A stretch of DNA of 45,831 nucleotides from Octopus sinensis (lineage: Eukaryota), in the NCBI RefSeq assembly GCF_006345805.1, contig NW_021834650.1, positions 1 through 45,831 on the forward strand, read 5' to 3'. The notes under the pieces were generated by a model. The model made no database searches. It worked only from the letters and a program-made list of their open reading frames with translations, and had not been told where the DNA came from. Of this stretch, positions 26,135 to 37,300 are shown piece by piece. How positions within the stretch are numbered: the first letter of the stretch is position 1; the number at the start of each line of letters is the position of its first letter. The translations under genes were made by a program, and so were the position numbers.

Positions 26135-26702
26135 GTAAACTAACCAACCTTATAAGGTTGGTTAGTTGCCAGAAATTGTACCTCCGTTCCTTTTGTGCTC
26201 AATGAAGAACATATCGCTAATGGATCATGATGTTAATGTATACTTTATCAAAGCCACTGTGTTGTGTCTCTGACCAAAACATTAAGCTCTCCAAAAATAA
26301 ATTCAACGACATCTAAATTACTTAACCTAGCACTTCGCTGCATCCCTCTATATTACTGCCAGAAACAACGTCATTGTAAAAATGAAGACTAAACCAATAA
26401 CTTTTTATGTGGAGTTCAAATTCTGCTAGAACACGGACAAGTTTTTTTTTTGTATTATTATTATTTTCCGTTTGAAAATTGTGTCTGTTATAGTGAAATG
26501 TCAGCTTTGATGATAGTGAGCTAAATTGGATTTAATGATTTAACTACACATGTGTTGCTCTCCAGACCCGACATTATGTCTGTGTAACTTTCTGAAAAAT
26601 ACACATTCTACAATGAAATTTTCCAGACATATACATTTTCTAGACATATATATGTTTTACATGATGTAGACTAGATTTATCTTTCTCTCCCTCTCTCTCT
26701 CT

Positions 26703-27084
26703 TTTTCTTTTACTTGTTTCAGTCATTTGACTGCGGCCATGCTGGAGCACCGCCTTTAGTTGAGCAAATCGAGCCCGGGACTTATCCTTTGTAAGCCTAG
26801 TACTTATTTAATCGGTCACTTTTGCGGAACCGCTAAATGACGGGGACATAAACACATCAGCAATGGTTGTCAAGTAATGCTAGGGGACAAACACACGCAC
26901 ACACACATATATACATACATATATAGGACAGGCTTCTTTCAGTTTCCGTCTACTAATTCCACCCACAAGGCTTTGGTCAGCCCGCGGCTATAGTAGAAGA
27001 CATTTGCCCAAGATGCCACTCAGTGGAACTGAACCCGGAACCATGTTGTTGGTAAGCATGCTACTTACCACACAGCCACTCCTG
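26703..27084 (-). mobile_element. Near full-length SINE family A
   Basis: Reverse-complement copy. Confidence 0.92.
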
Positions 27085-27922
27085 GGAAGGAGAGGAGCTT
27101 TGGATAGTTTAACATCTCGATGTGTTCCTTCTTAACTTTCTGAAAACTTGATATGTCTTAATAAATATTTTCTACAAATACTATTCGGATGGTGGTTATT
27201 ATTATTCCGGAATTTGATACGAAAAGAATGGGAGATGGTGGTCTCGGATAACTCACGCATCTTGACTTTATTTGATTTTGTATTATGATGAACTGTGTGA
27301 ATTAACAGCTCTCGCCCCCTCCACTCCATTTCTCTTTTTGCATCAAATTCCAATATAATCGTAACCTATATTACCAGAAACGCATTTTGAAACGTTAATT
27401 AAAAAATATCAGTTTTTCAGAAAGAGAAAAATTCTGTGGGAGAGGAAAATACATCTATAGTTATGGCTCGACGCTACTGTAATATAGCATCAGCTAGTTT
27501 AGTGTTTCTCATGTAGAAGATATTGCAAGAATCGAAAAGGAAATAGGAAAGTTTCCTGCCGTTTTTAATGAAATTAAAATGGTTTCAGCTTATTAAACTT
27601 GTCAAACATCATGACGAAGAAAGAAGAATTATATCGATGCAAACTCTATTATGTCTTCTCATTAATATACAATGGTTCGGTGCCAATAAGTCTTATTTAT
27701 ATTTTGGGGGGGAAAGGGCATTTATAAGTTTGAGAACTCCTGAGCTGATTGATGGATGAATTATCCTACACTTCCAACTTCAATTACCTTTCTACAGAAG
27801 CATCAATATATCAATTAATTTACTTCAAATATTGTATCCTGATAGCTCGTTTAAGAAAATAATAATAGCAACCCCCCCCCCTAAAAACAAACTGACAAAC
27901 AAACACAGAACACAAGCAAACA

Positions 27923-28311
27923 GGCGCAGACGTGACAGTGTGGTAAGAAGATTGTTTCCCTATCACATAATTCCGGGTTCAGTTCCACTGCGTGGCACCT
28001 TAGGCAAGTGTCTACTACTGTAGCCTCAGGCCGATCAAAGCCACGGGAGTGGATTTAGTAGATGGAAACTGAAAGGAGCCCGTCGTGTATATATGTACAT
28101 ATGTATGCGTGTGTGACTTAGTGTTTGTGTTTGTCCCCTCATCACCGCTTGACAACTGGTGATGGTGTGTTTATATCCCTATGTCTTAGTGGCTCAGCAA
28201 AAGAAAATGATAGAATAAGTACTAGATTTTAAAAAATGGTCTAAGCGTCGAATTGTCCGACTAAAATCCCTCAAGGCAGTGCTCCAGCATGGCTGCAATC
28301 AAATGACTGAA
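27923..28311 (+). mobile_element. Diverged full-length SINE family A
   Basis: Head, body and tail alignable. Confidence 0.85.
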
Positions 28312-28324
28312 TTAACGAATGTTT

Positions 28325-28518
28325 TCAAATTTTTGCACAAGGCCAGAAATTCAAGGGGCGAGAGTGAGTCGATAACATCGACCCCCAGCACTCAACTGGT
28401 ACTTATTTTATCGACATCGAAAAGTAAAGTCGACCTCGACGGAATTTGATCTCAAAACGTAAAGAAGGACGAAATACCGCTAAGCATCTTGCCCGGTATG
28501 TCAGTCAGCTCACCGCCT
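28325..28518 (-). mobile_element. SINE family B (Nin/Deu-like central domain)
   Basis: Reverse complement reads ggcggtgagctg...gaggtcgac...gtcgataaaataagtaccagttgag; domain assignment from memory. Confidence 0.8.
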
Positions 28519-28902
28519 TACAACAACAAAATTATTCTAGTATCAATGTTACACCGTGATGTCACAACCGATATCCTACATATCAAGTGAAAATTCCTGT
28601 TATTATCTTCTCAGCCCACTATCCCGGTTAGCTGGTGACCCTTGATCCAATACAAGTTTGTATTGCATCATGTAATTTTTTCCCAAGGCACGCACGTACA
28701 CAGATGATGTATTGAAATAGCTGTTGTATACTGAACTAAATACAAATAAATATTTCTTGAAGACAAACAGTGAGGATGGATGCAATATCGAACTGACAGG
28801 CAAGATTTGAATTCGGTTATGAATCAACGAAATGTATTACTACTCAGGACGTTACCATCTGTGTCACACTTGCAGACTTCATTATAATATCTTTACTTAT
28901 TT

Positions 28903-29090
28903 TTGTAGTATGAGGCGAGCAATTTTGAGGTTTGTAGAAGTCGAATATATCGACCCCAGTGCTCAACTGGTACTTATTTTATCAGCTCCGAAAGAATAAA
29001 AGGCGACGTCGACCGCAGTGATATTGGAACTCAGAACTTAAAACCGGAAGAATGCCGCCAAGTGGTAACGAACCTGTCAGCTCACCGCTT
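28903..29090 (-). mobile_element. SINE family B
   Basis: Same motifs as the 28325 copy. Confidence 0.8.
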
Positions 29091-29151
29091 AAAGACTTGG
29101 CAATAATATCACCATAAATTGTATTAGGATAATAGCATTAATCCATTATGT

Positions 29152-29440
29152 TGTAGAAACAAGGCCTGAAATGTTGGTGGAGGCAGAGTAGTCACTTATT
29201 TGATTTTAGTGCTATTTATTTCATCAACCCCAGTTCCTAACTGAGTACTTATTTCATCAACCCCAAAAGGATAAAAGGCAAAGTGGACCTCAGCAAAATT
29301 TGAGTTCCGAACAAAGAGACAGAAGAAATGCCACTGAGTATTATACCTGGCGTGATAACGATTCTGCCAAGTTCGCCGCCTTAAAGACGCAAGTCTGAAA
29401 TTTTTAGGGGTGAGGCAAATTGGTGACATCGACTCCAGAA
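29152..29440 (-). mobile_element. SINE family B plus an additional 3' fragment
   Basis: Full copy 29152-29382, followed by another 3'-end fragment at about 29389-29440. Confidence 0.75.
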
Positions 29441-29698
29441 TTCTGAGAATACTTTGCAATATTGAGTAAACAGGCCTTACTTCTGAAGTTGATTAATTTG
29501 CGTACGATGTGTTAAAAATGTTTTGTTCTTCACTGTTTTGAGTTGATTTACGATTAAATATATTGTGCTTTAGAAGGGTATGAATTTGTACCTGTATCTG
29601 CTGAATAAAATCCTGTCCTTTACTTTTCTTCATTTAATTTTCATCCTATAAGCATTATACTGCATTGTACAGTATGGTATATTTTAATTATTCTAAGT

Positions 29699-30024
29699 AG
29701 TGAAGGCGCGTGGCTTAGTGGTTAGGGCATTCGGCTCACGATTGTAAGGTCGTGAGTTCGATTCCAAGCGACGCGTTGTTTCCTTGAGCAAGACACTTTA
29801 TTTCATGTTGCTCCAGTCCACTCAGCTGGCAAAAATGAGTTGTACCTGTATTTCAAAGGGCCGGCCTTGTCATACTGTGTGTCACGCTGAATCTCCCTGA
29901 GAACTACGTTAAGGGTACACGTGTCTGTGGAGTGCTCAGCCACTTGCACGTTAATTTCTCGAGCAGGCTGTTCTGTTGATCGTATCAGCTGGGACCCTCG
30001 TCGTCGTAACCGACGGAGTGCTCC
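29699..30024 (+). mobile_element. tRNA-derived SINE family D (CORE/Meta-like domain), with TSD
   Basis: A box TGGCTTAGTGG, B box GAGTTCGATTCC, ccttgagcaagacactt domain; perfect 14-bp TSD taattattctaagt at 29685-29698 and 30025-30038. Confidence 0.9.
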
Positions 30025-30651
30025 TAATTATTCTAAGTCTATTAATAAATATCCAACAGACTTTGCTTTAGAAGTGTATTAATTTGAATCTGTTAGATTA
30101 TTTTATATTTTAAGTATATATTTAGGCAGACTCCAGAAAACCAGAAAATTCAGAAATCTGTCTTAGTTCCGATATTCCGATGTATAAGCTTGCCGGATAT
30201 TTGGTCCGTCATATTTGTATATGTGTAATAAATTCAGCACTGCAAACGTTATCTTAAATGTTTCTGATACTAAAACAAATTTGAAGCAGACTAATATCGA
30301 CCTTCTTGAAACTTCTATTGATAAGGCTTGCATTAATATTGTATTCACATGGAAAATAGTTTATGTAAATAAACAGTTTGGAACAACTTAAAACGCATGA
30401 ATGACAAAAACATAGAAGAAAACGTAAATATGTCTTATAAAATACAAACAAAAACATATATGAATGCATTATACAATAAGTATTTAGCATTATTGAATTG
30501 AAAATTAATGAAATTTCACAAATGCATAGGCACACATATATTTGTATAATATATAGTACTATATAATACCACTCACACACAGACATGTACACAAACACAG
30601 ATGTACACATATATTCACATATCTATATGCATAAGACACGCATACACAGGC

Positions 30652-30682
<31 letters not shown>

Positions 30683-30796
30683 CTTGCATCTTTACATATA
30701 TATTTACAGACATACGCAAACACGTACATACATACATACATATATATATATATACTTGCATCTTTACATATATATTTACAGACATACGCAAACACG

Positions 30797-30851
<55 letters not shown>

Positions 30852-30920
30852 TTGCATCTTTACATATATGTTTACAGACATACACAAACACGTACATACA
30901 TACATACATATATATATATA
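30683..30920. repeat. Three-copy minisatellite with variable (TA)n spacer
   Basis: cttgcatctttacatata...cagacatacgcaaacacgtacatac starts at 30683, 30755 and 30851. Confidence 0.9.
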
Positions 30921-31574
30921 TGCAGACACAAACACACGCACACAAATGCACACACACTCACATAACACACATATCCGTTGAAGGTACATCAATATAACAA
31001 TTCAATGCAAACTAATTCCATAATATAATGTCAAAAGAGAGCTCTTTAAAATTTTAAAACATCTTCAGTTATTACCATAACAAATATATTATGACTATTA
31101 TTAAGATACGTTTAGCACAAACACCGAAAATACTCTATACATTATGTATTTGAGAATATCTCATTTTAACAGTGTTAATTAATGCATGTAGCATAACCAT
31201 ATTTAAATACATCACATTAATGTTGGAGATGGTTAAAAAGCGATTTCTAGTGATAAGGATGTATTACTATCTGTAATGACTTTATGTCATATTCCTCCTT
31301 TATTTAATACATGTTGTACACAATTCCTTGTATTTTTGGGGTGTTGGTTATGCTTTTTTAACTCCAAGTGAATTCTGAATAATAAACGTTAAAAATATAA
31401 AAAAAATTCCTAGTTACGTCTTTATCAAAGCGAACAACGAATTTGCAACATAAGAATCAACGGAACGAACTTGAAACCATGTCGATAGTATAAATGTGTA
31501 GGAAAAAGTTTTGATACCCATCTACATCAGGGAAACGCATCAAAGAAATCAAGGACAAACGCAGGCTGTTTAAG

Positions 31575-32030
31575 TTTTGTCTAGTGAATGTTTTAAAAAA
31601 AGATGGGTGAATGTAGCAAGGATGGCACGTATGAATGACGAAGCCACCTTGACTATGATTCTATGAACCGTAAAAATTAATACAGAGAGTTTCTTATTTG
31701 CAAAAAAAAAAGAAATATAACATGTGACTTCATTGACCGAGGTTACCGTGGTCTTTTCCGTAGGCTTTTCTTTCCACGGGTAAACCTCACCTGTCCTCCC
31801 CTTTACACTTCATATTTTTGTGATAACGATCCCTATTGATCATTTTTTCCTTTCCCTCCCCCCCTTTTTAAAAAAAAATTTTATTCCCTCCTTTTTTGTC
31901 CTCTTTCTTTCCCTTTACGATCCCTTTTGATCGAAAACCAAACCCCCTTTTTTTACCCCCAAAAGTAAAGCTCTACCTTGTAATTTGTCCTGTCTGTGTG
32001 CAGCCCTGTGTGGCTAATAAAGAAACATAT
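31575..32030 (+). mobile_element. Probable LINE (L1/Tx1-like) 3' end: ORF2 tail and 3' UTR
   Basis: LSSECFKKRWVNVARMARMNDEATLTMIL* (stop 31664-31666), hairpin 31739-31788, pyrimidine-rich UTR, AATAAA near 32016; clade call from recollection. Confidence 0.5.
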
Positions 32031-32688
32031 CTTGAGATCAAATACATATTTTGTCAAAAAATGGTTAACTGTAAGAAAAGAAGAAATAAGTTTTCTAAGA
32101 ACATATATAGAAAGCATCCGTACATTTGGTCATACGTCTGGAACATTAACAAACAACTGCAAAAGATTATCAGTGCTGTAGTGATACGGTTCTTTGGACG
32201 AATACTGATGTTATCTTGTGAAAATAGAGAGGGAAACATCGATTTGTTTCATGAACAATGACCACCAGAAACAAGAGGCTCAGTTCGTTGGATACCATAT
32301 GAGAAAAATTAGGCTTGAATATTGGGTTTAAGGAGAGAGATGGGGTGTAGAGAGGGGTTAGAGAGGGAGAGAGAAAAAGGAAGAAAGAAAGACTCTGACA
32401 TTAAGTTATTTACTGTGTCTCAACTAATTTTTCTTTAGAATCGTCAGTGTATGATTTGATGGATATTTAGCTGCTGGTTTTAGAGGGAAGATAATTTGAA
32501 AAAAATTGAGAATAATATGAGGAATTTAGCTTCTTGCCACGTGAAGGTTAATCTAATCTCTGTTCCCAGGAGACATACTTGGATACGCGTTTCAGCCGCC
32601 TTTTATATCGTCAGAATAATTTCTACTTTCCTTGGTTGCAGATAAGGTCTTTACAATTATATATATGATAAAATTACAGGAGTGGCTT

Positions 32689-32823
32689 ATAGGCACACGA
32701 GTGACTGTGTGGTAAGTAGCTTGCTTACTAAGCACATGGTTCCGGATTCAGTCCCACAGCGTGGCACGTTGGGCAAGTGCCTTCTTCTATAGCCTCCGGC
32801 CAACAAAAGCCAGTGGCCCGTCG

Positions 32824-32861
<38 letters not shown>

Positions 32862-33105
32862 CGTGTGTGTGTGTATTTGTGTGTGTATGTTTGTGTGTCT
32901 GTGTTTGTCCCTCCAACATCGCTTGACAAACGTCCTCGCAATTTACGTCCTCGCAATTTACGTCCTCGCAATTAGCGGTTCGGCCAAAGGGGACCGATAG
33001 AATAAGTACTAGGGCTTACAAAGAATAAGTGTTTGGGTCGATTTGCTAGGCTAAAAGACGGTGCCCCAGCATGGCTGCAGTCAAATGACTGAAAAAAGTA
33101 AAAGA
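32689..33105 (+). mobile_element. Full-length SINE family A with internal 15-bp tandem repeat
   Basis: Head, body and tail present; atttacgtcctcgca repeated about 3x at 32930-32970. Confidence 0.9.
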
Positions 33106-33490
33106 AAAATATAAGAATAACTAAAACTGAGAAATAATTTAAAGTGGCTAACGATATGAATTTGAATGATTATGTGAGGTGTAATGATTGTCGTACATAA
33201 TGAATTGTTATAGACTAACATATGCTTCTAATGGGAAAACGAAAGCCAAAGAGCCAAAGGACTCTTGTTAGCATCTTTCAACGACAGGAATAGAATGTGG
33301 TTGGGTCAGTGAGATAATTTCAGGGGACTATGAGTTAATTCTTCAAACTTAATTGCTCTGCGTTTTGAAATACATTTGGCCATACGTCTAAGGTGTGTCT
33401 CCCATGCAGTATTAATGACTTTTATCCGTTTCAGTATCATCTATTATTGCTTCTATTGGGATATTCCTTATTTTGAAGATTCTATGCATT

Positions 33491-33686
33491 AATCGTTTTA
33501 TGCTGGGCAAAATGCTTAGTGGTATTTCGTCCGTGTTTACGTTCTGGGTTCAAATGCCACCGTGGTCGACTTAGACTTTCAGCATTTTGGGGATCGATAA
33601 AATAAGTACTAGTTGAGCACGGGGGTTGATGTCATCGATTTAGCCCCACCCCATAAATTGTTGGCCTTATGAGAAAATTGAAACTA
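33491..33686 (+). mobile_element. SINE family B
   Basis: aaatgcttagtggtatttcgtccg...gatcgataaaataagtac. Confidence 0.8.
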
Positions 33687-33970
33687 ATTTTATGCATAAT
33701 TAGAAGGTAGTCTAAAACTCTTTTTCAGGTAAAGGACAACTCTGTGTCGTTTATATGAATCATTTTCAGAGTAGAAATATTTAGTTTATCATCATTTACT
33801 TAGAAAATCTTGAGCAAGTTCGATAAGAAAATTAAAGTATTTGCCAATTTACAAGATTACCAAAATTGAAGCTTAGGTTTAAGTCATTCTTCATAATCTC
33901 ACAGCTTAAGATTTTCTTTGTAGGAGAATAATTCTAACGGAAGAGAAAACATATTTTTTTAACAATCAAA

Positions 33971-34188
33971 GGCGGCGAGGTGCCAGAATCGTCCGAGTGA
34001 GGTCCAAAATGCATTGCCGCGTTTCTTCCGGCTTCAGGTTCTGAGTTCATATTCCACTGTCTTTCATCCTTTAGAGGTTAACAAAATAAGTACAAGTTGG
34101 GTGTTGAGATCAAAGTAATCGATTAATCCCTTCTCAAATCAAAATCCCTTCTCAAATCAAAATGCTATCCTTGTGCCTACATTTGAAA
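33971..34188 (+). mobile_element. SINE family B, diverged
   Basis: ggcggcgaggtgccagaatcgt head; ctttcatcctttagagg domain; 18-bp internal duplication. Confidence 0.75.
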
Positions 34189-34241
34189 AACCGATGTAAT
34201 CAAAGATGACCTGCATGATATATTACAGTATTTAGTATATT

Positions 34242-34363
34242 CGAAATGCTTAGCGGTAATTCGTCTGTTCAAATTCCACCGAGGTCGACTTAGCCTTTAA
34301 TCTTTTCGAGGTCGATAAATAAAGTACCAGTTGCGTACTGGAGATCGATCTAATCCACTGGCC
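34242..34363 (+). mobile_element. SINE family B, interrupted by the satellite
   Basis: gaaatgcttagcgg...gaggtcgataaataaagtaccagttgcgtactgg...actggcc, then the array starts. Confidence 0.8.
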
Positions 34364-37300
34364 GAAAGAGACAAAAGAAGGTGCCGACGGAGATCAAAGA
34401 GGGTCCCGAAAGAGATCAAAGAGGGTCCCGAAAGAGATCAAAGAGGGTGCCGACAGAGATCAAAGACCGTGCCGACAGAGATCAAAGAGGGTGCCGACAG
34501 AGATCAAAGAGGGTGCCCTCTTTGATCTCTTTCGGCACCCTTTTTGATCTCTGTCGGCACCCTCTTTGATTTCTTTCGGCACCCTCTTTGATCTATTTCG
34601 GCACCCTCTTTGATCTCTGTCGGCACCCTCTTTGATCTCTGTCGGAACCCTCTTTGATCTCTTACGGCACCCTCTTTGATTTTTGTCGGTACCATCTTTG
34701 ATCTCATTCAGCACCCTCTTTGATCTCTGCCGGCACCCTCTTTGATCTCTGTCAGCACTCTCTTTGATCTCTGTCGGCACCCTCTTTGATCTATGTCGGC
34801 ATCCCCTTTGATCTCTGTCGGCACTCTCTTTGATCTCTGTCGGCACCGTCTTTGATCTCTGTCGGCACCGTCTTTGATCTTTGAACCGGTTTGATCCGGT
34901 CTGAACAGGTCTGATCCGGTTTGATCAGGTTTGAACCGGTTTGATTCGGTTTGAACCAGTTTGAACCGGTTTGATCCGGTTTGAACCGGTTTGAACCGGT
35001 TTGATCCGGTATGATTCGGATTGAACTGGTTTGAACCGGTCTAAACCGGTCTAAACCGGTTTGATCCGGTTCCAACCGGTTTGAACCGGTTTGATCCGGT
35101 TTGAACCGGTTTGATTCGGATTGAACTGGTTCGAACCGGTTTTAACCGGTTTGAACTGGTTTGAACCGGTTTGTCGGCACCGTCTTTGATCTCTGTCGGC
35201 ACCACTTTGATCTCTGACGGCACCCTCTTTGATCTCTGTCGGCATCCCCTTTGATCTCTGTCGGCATCACCTTTGATCTCTGTCGGCACTCCTCTTTGAT
35301 CTCTGTCGACACCGTCTTTGATCTCTGTCGGCACAGTCTTTGATCTCTGTCGGCACTGTCTTTGATCTTTGAACCGGTTTGATCCGGTCTGAACACGCCT
35401 GATCCGGTTTGATCAGGTTTGAACCGGTTTGATCCGGTTTGAACAGGTTTGATTCGGTTTGATCAGGTTTGAACCGGTTTGAACCGGTTTGATCCGGTTT
35501 GAACCGGTTTGATGCGGTTTGAACCGGTTTGAACCGGTTTGAACCGGTTTGATCAGGTTTGAACCGGTTTGATAAGGTTTGAACCGGTTTGTCGGCACCG
35601 TCTTTGATCTCTGTCGGCACCACTTTGATCTCCGACGGCACCCCCTTTGATCTCTGTCGGCATCCCCTTTGATCTCTGTCGGCATAACCTTTGATCTCTG
35701 TCGGTACTATCTTTGATCGCTGTCGGCACTCCCCTTTGATCTCTGTCCACACCCTCTTTGATCTATGTCGTACTCTCTTTGATCTCTGTCGGCACCTTTT
35801 TTGATCTCTGTCGGCACGCTCTTTGATCTCCGTCGGCATCCCCTTTGATCTCTGTCGGCATCCCCTTTGATGTATGTCGACACTATCTTTGATCTCTGTC
35901 GACACCCTCTTTGATCTCTATCGGCACCCCATTTGATCTCTGTCGGCACCTCTTTGATCTCTGTCCACACCCTCTTTGATCTATGTCGGTACTCTCTTTG
36001 ATCTCTGTCGGCACCCTTTTTTGATCTCTGTCGGCACGCTCTTTGATCTCCGTCGGTACTCTCTTTGATCTCTGTCCGCACTCCCTTTGATCTCTGTCGG
36101 CACCCTCTTTGATCTCCGTCGGCATCCCCTTTGATCTCTGTCGGCACCCTCTTTGATCTCCGTCGGCATCCCCTTTGATCTCTGTGGGCATCCCCTTTGA
36201 TCTCTGTCGGCACTCTCTTTGATCTATGTCGGCACCGTGTTTGATCTCTGTCGGCACCGTCTTTGATCTCTGTCGGCACCGTCTTTGATCTTTGAACCGG
36301 TTTGATCCGGTCTGAACACGTCTGATCCGGTTTGATCAGGTTTGAACCGGTTTGATCCGGTTTGAACCGGTTTGATTCGGTTTGATCAGGTTTGAACCGG
36401 TTTGAACCGGTTTGATCCGGTTGAACCGGTTTGATTCGGTTTGAACCGGTTTGAACCGGTTTGAACCGGTTTGATCAGGTTTGAATCGGTTTGATAAGGT
36501 TTGAACCGGTTTGTCGGCACCGTCTTTGATCTCTGTCGGCACACTCTATGATTTTTGTCGGCATCCCCATTGATCTCTGTCGGCATCCCCTTTGATGTCT
36601 GCCGACACTATCTTTCATCTCTGTAGGCACCCTCTTTGATCTCTGTCGGCACCCCCTTTGATCTCTGTCGGCACCCTCTTTGATCTATGTCGGTTCTCTC
36701 TTTGATCTCTGTCGGCACTCCCTTTGATCTCTGTCGACACGCTCTTTGATCTCTGTCGGCACCCCCTTTGATCTCTGTCGGCACCCTCTTTGATCTATGC
36801 CGGTACTCTCTTTGATCTCTGTCGGCACCCCTTTGATCTCTGTCGGCACCCTCTATGATCTTTGTCGGCATCCCCCTTGATCTCTGTCGACATCCCCTTT
36901 GATGTCTGCCGACACTATCTTTGATCTCTGTCGGCACCCCCTTTGATCACTGTCGGTACTCTCTTTCGGCCAGTATATATAATTTGGTCTCTGTCGGCAT
37001 CCACTTTGATCTCTGTCGGCATCCCCTTTGATCTCTGTCGGCATCCCCTTTCATCTCTGTCGGCATCCCCTTTGATCTCTGTCGGCATCCCCTTTGATCT
37101 CTGTCGGCACTATCTTTGATCTCTGTCGGCACCGTCTTTGATCTCTGTCGGTACTCTCTTTGATCTTTGTCCGCACTCCCTTTGATCTCTGTCGTCACCC
37201 CCTTTTATCTCTGCCGGCACTCTCTTTGATCTCCGTCGGCATCCCCTTTGATCTCTGTCGGCACCTATTTGATCTCTGTCCACACCCTCTTGATCTATGT

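Noticed and set aside
27510-30400. Scattered protein-like + strand frames (VEDIARIEKEIGKF..., LLYTELNTNKYF..., TANVILNVSDTK..., MYKLAGYLVR)
   Set aside because: Each is under 70 codons with weak splice sites; expected by chance, and no family was recognised.
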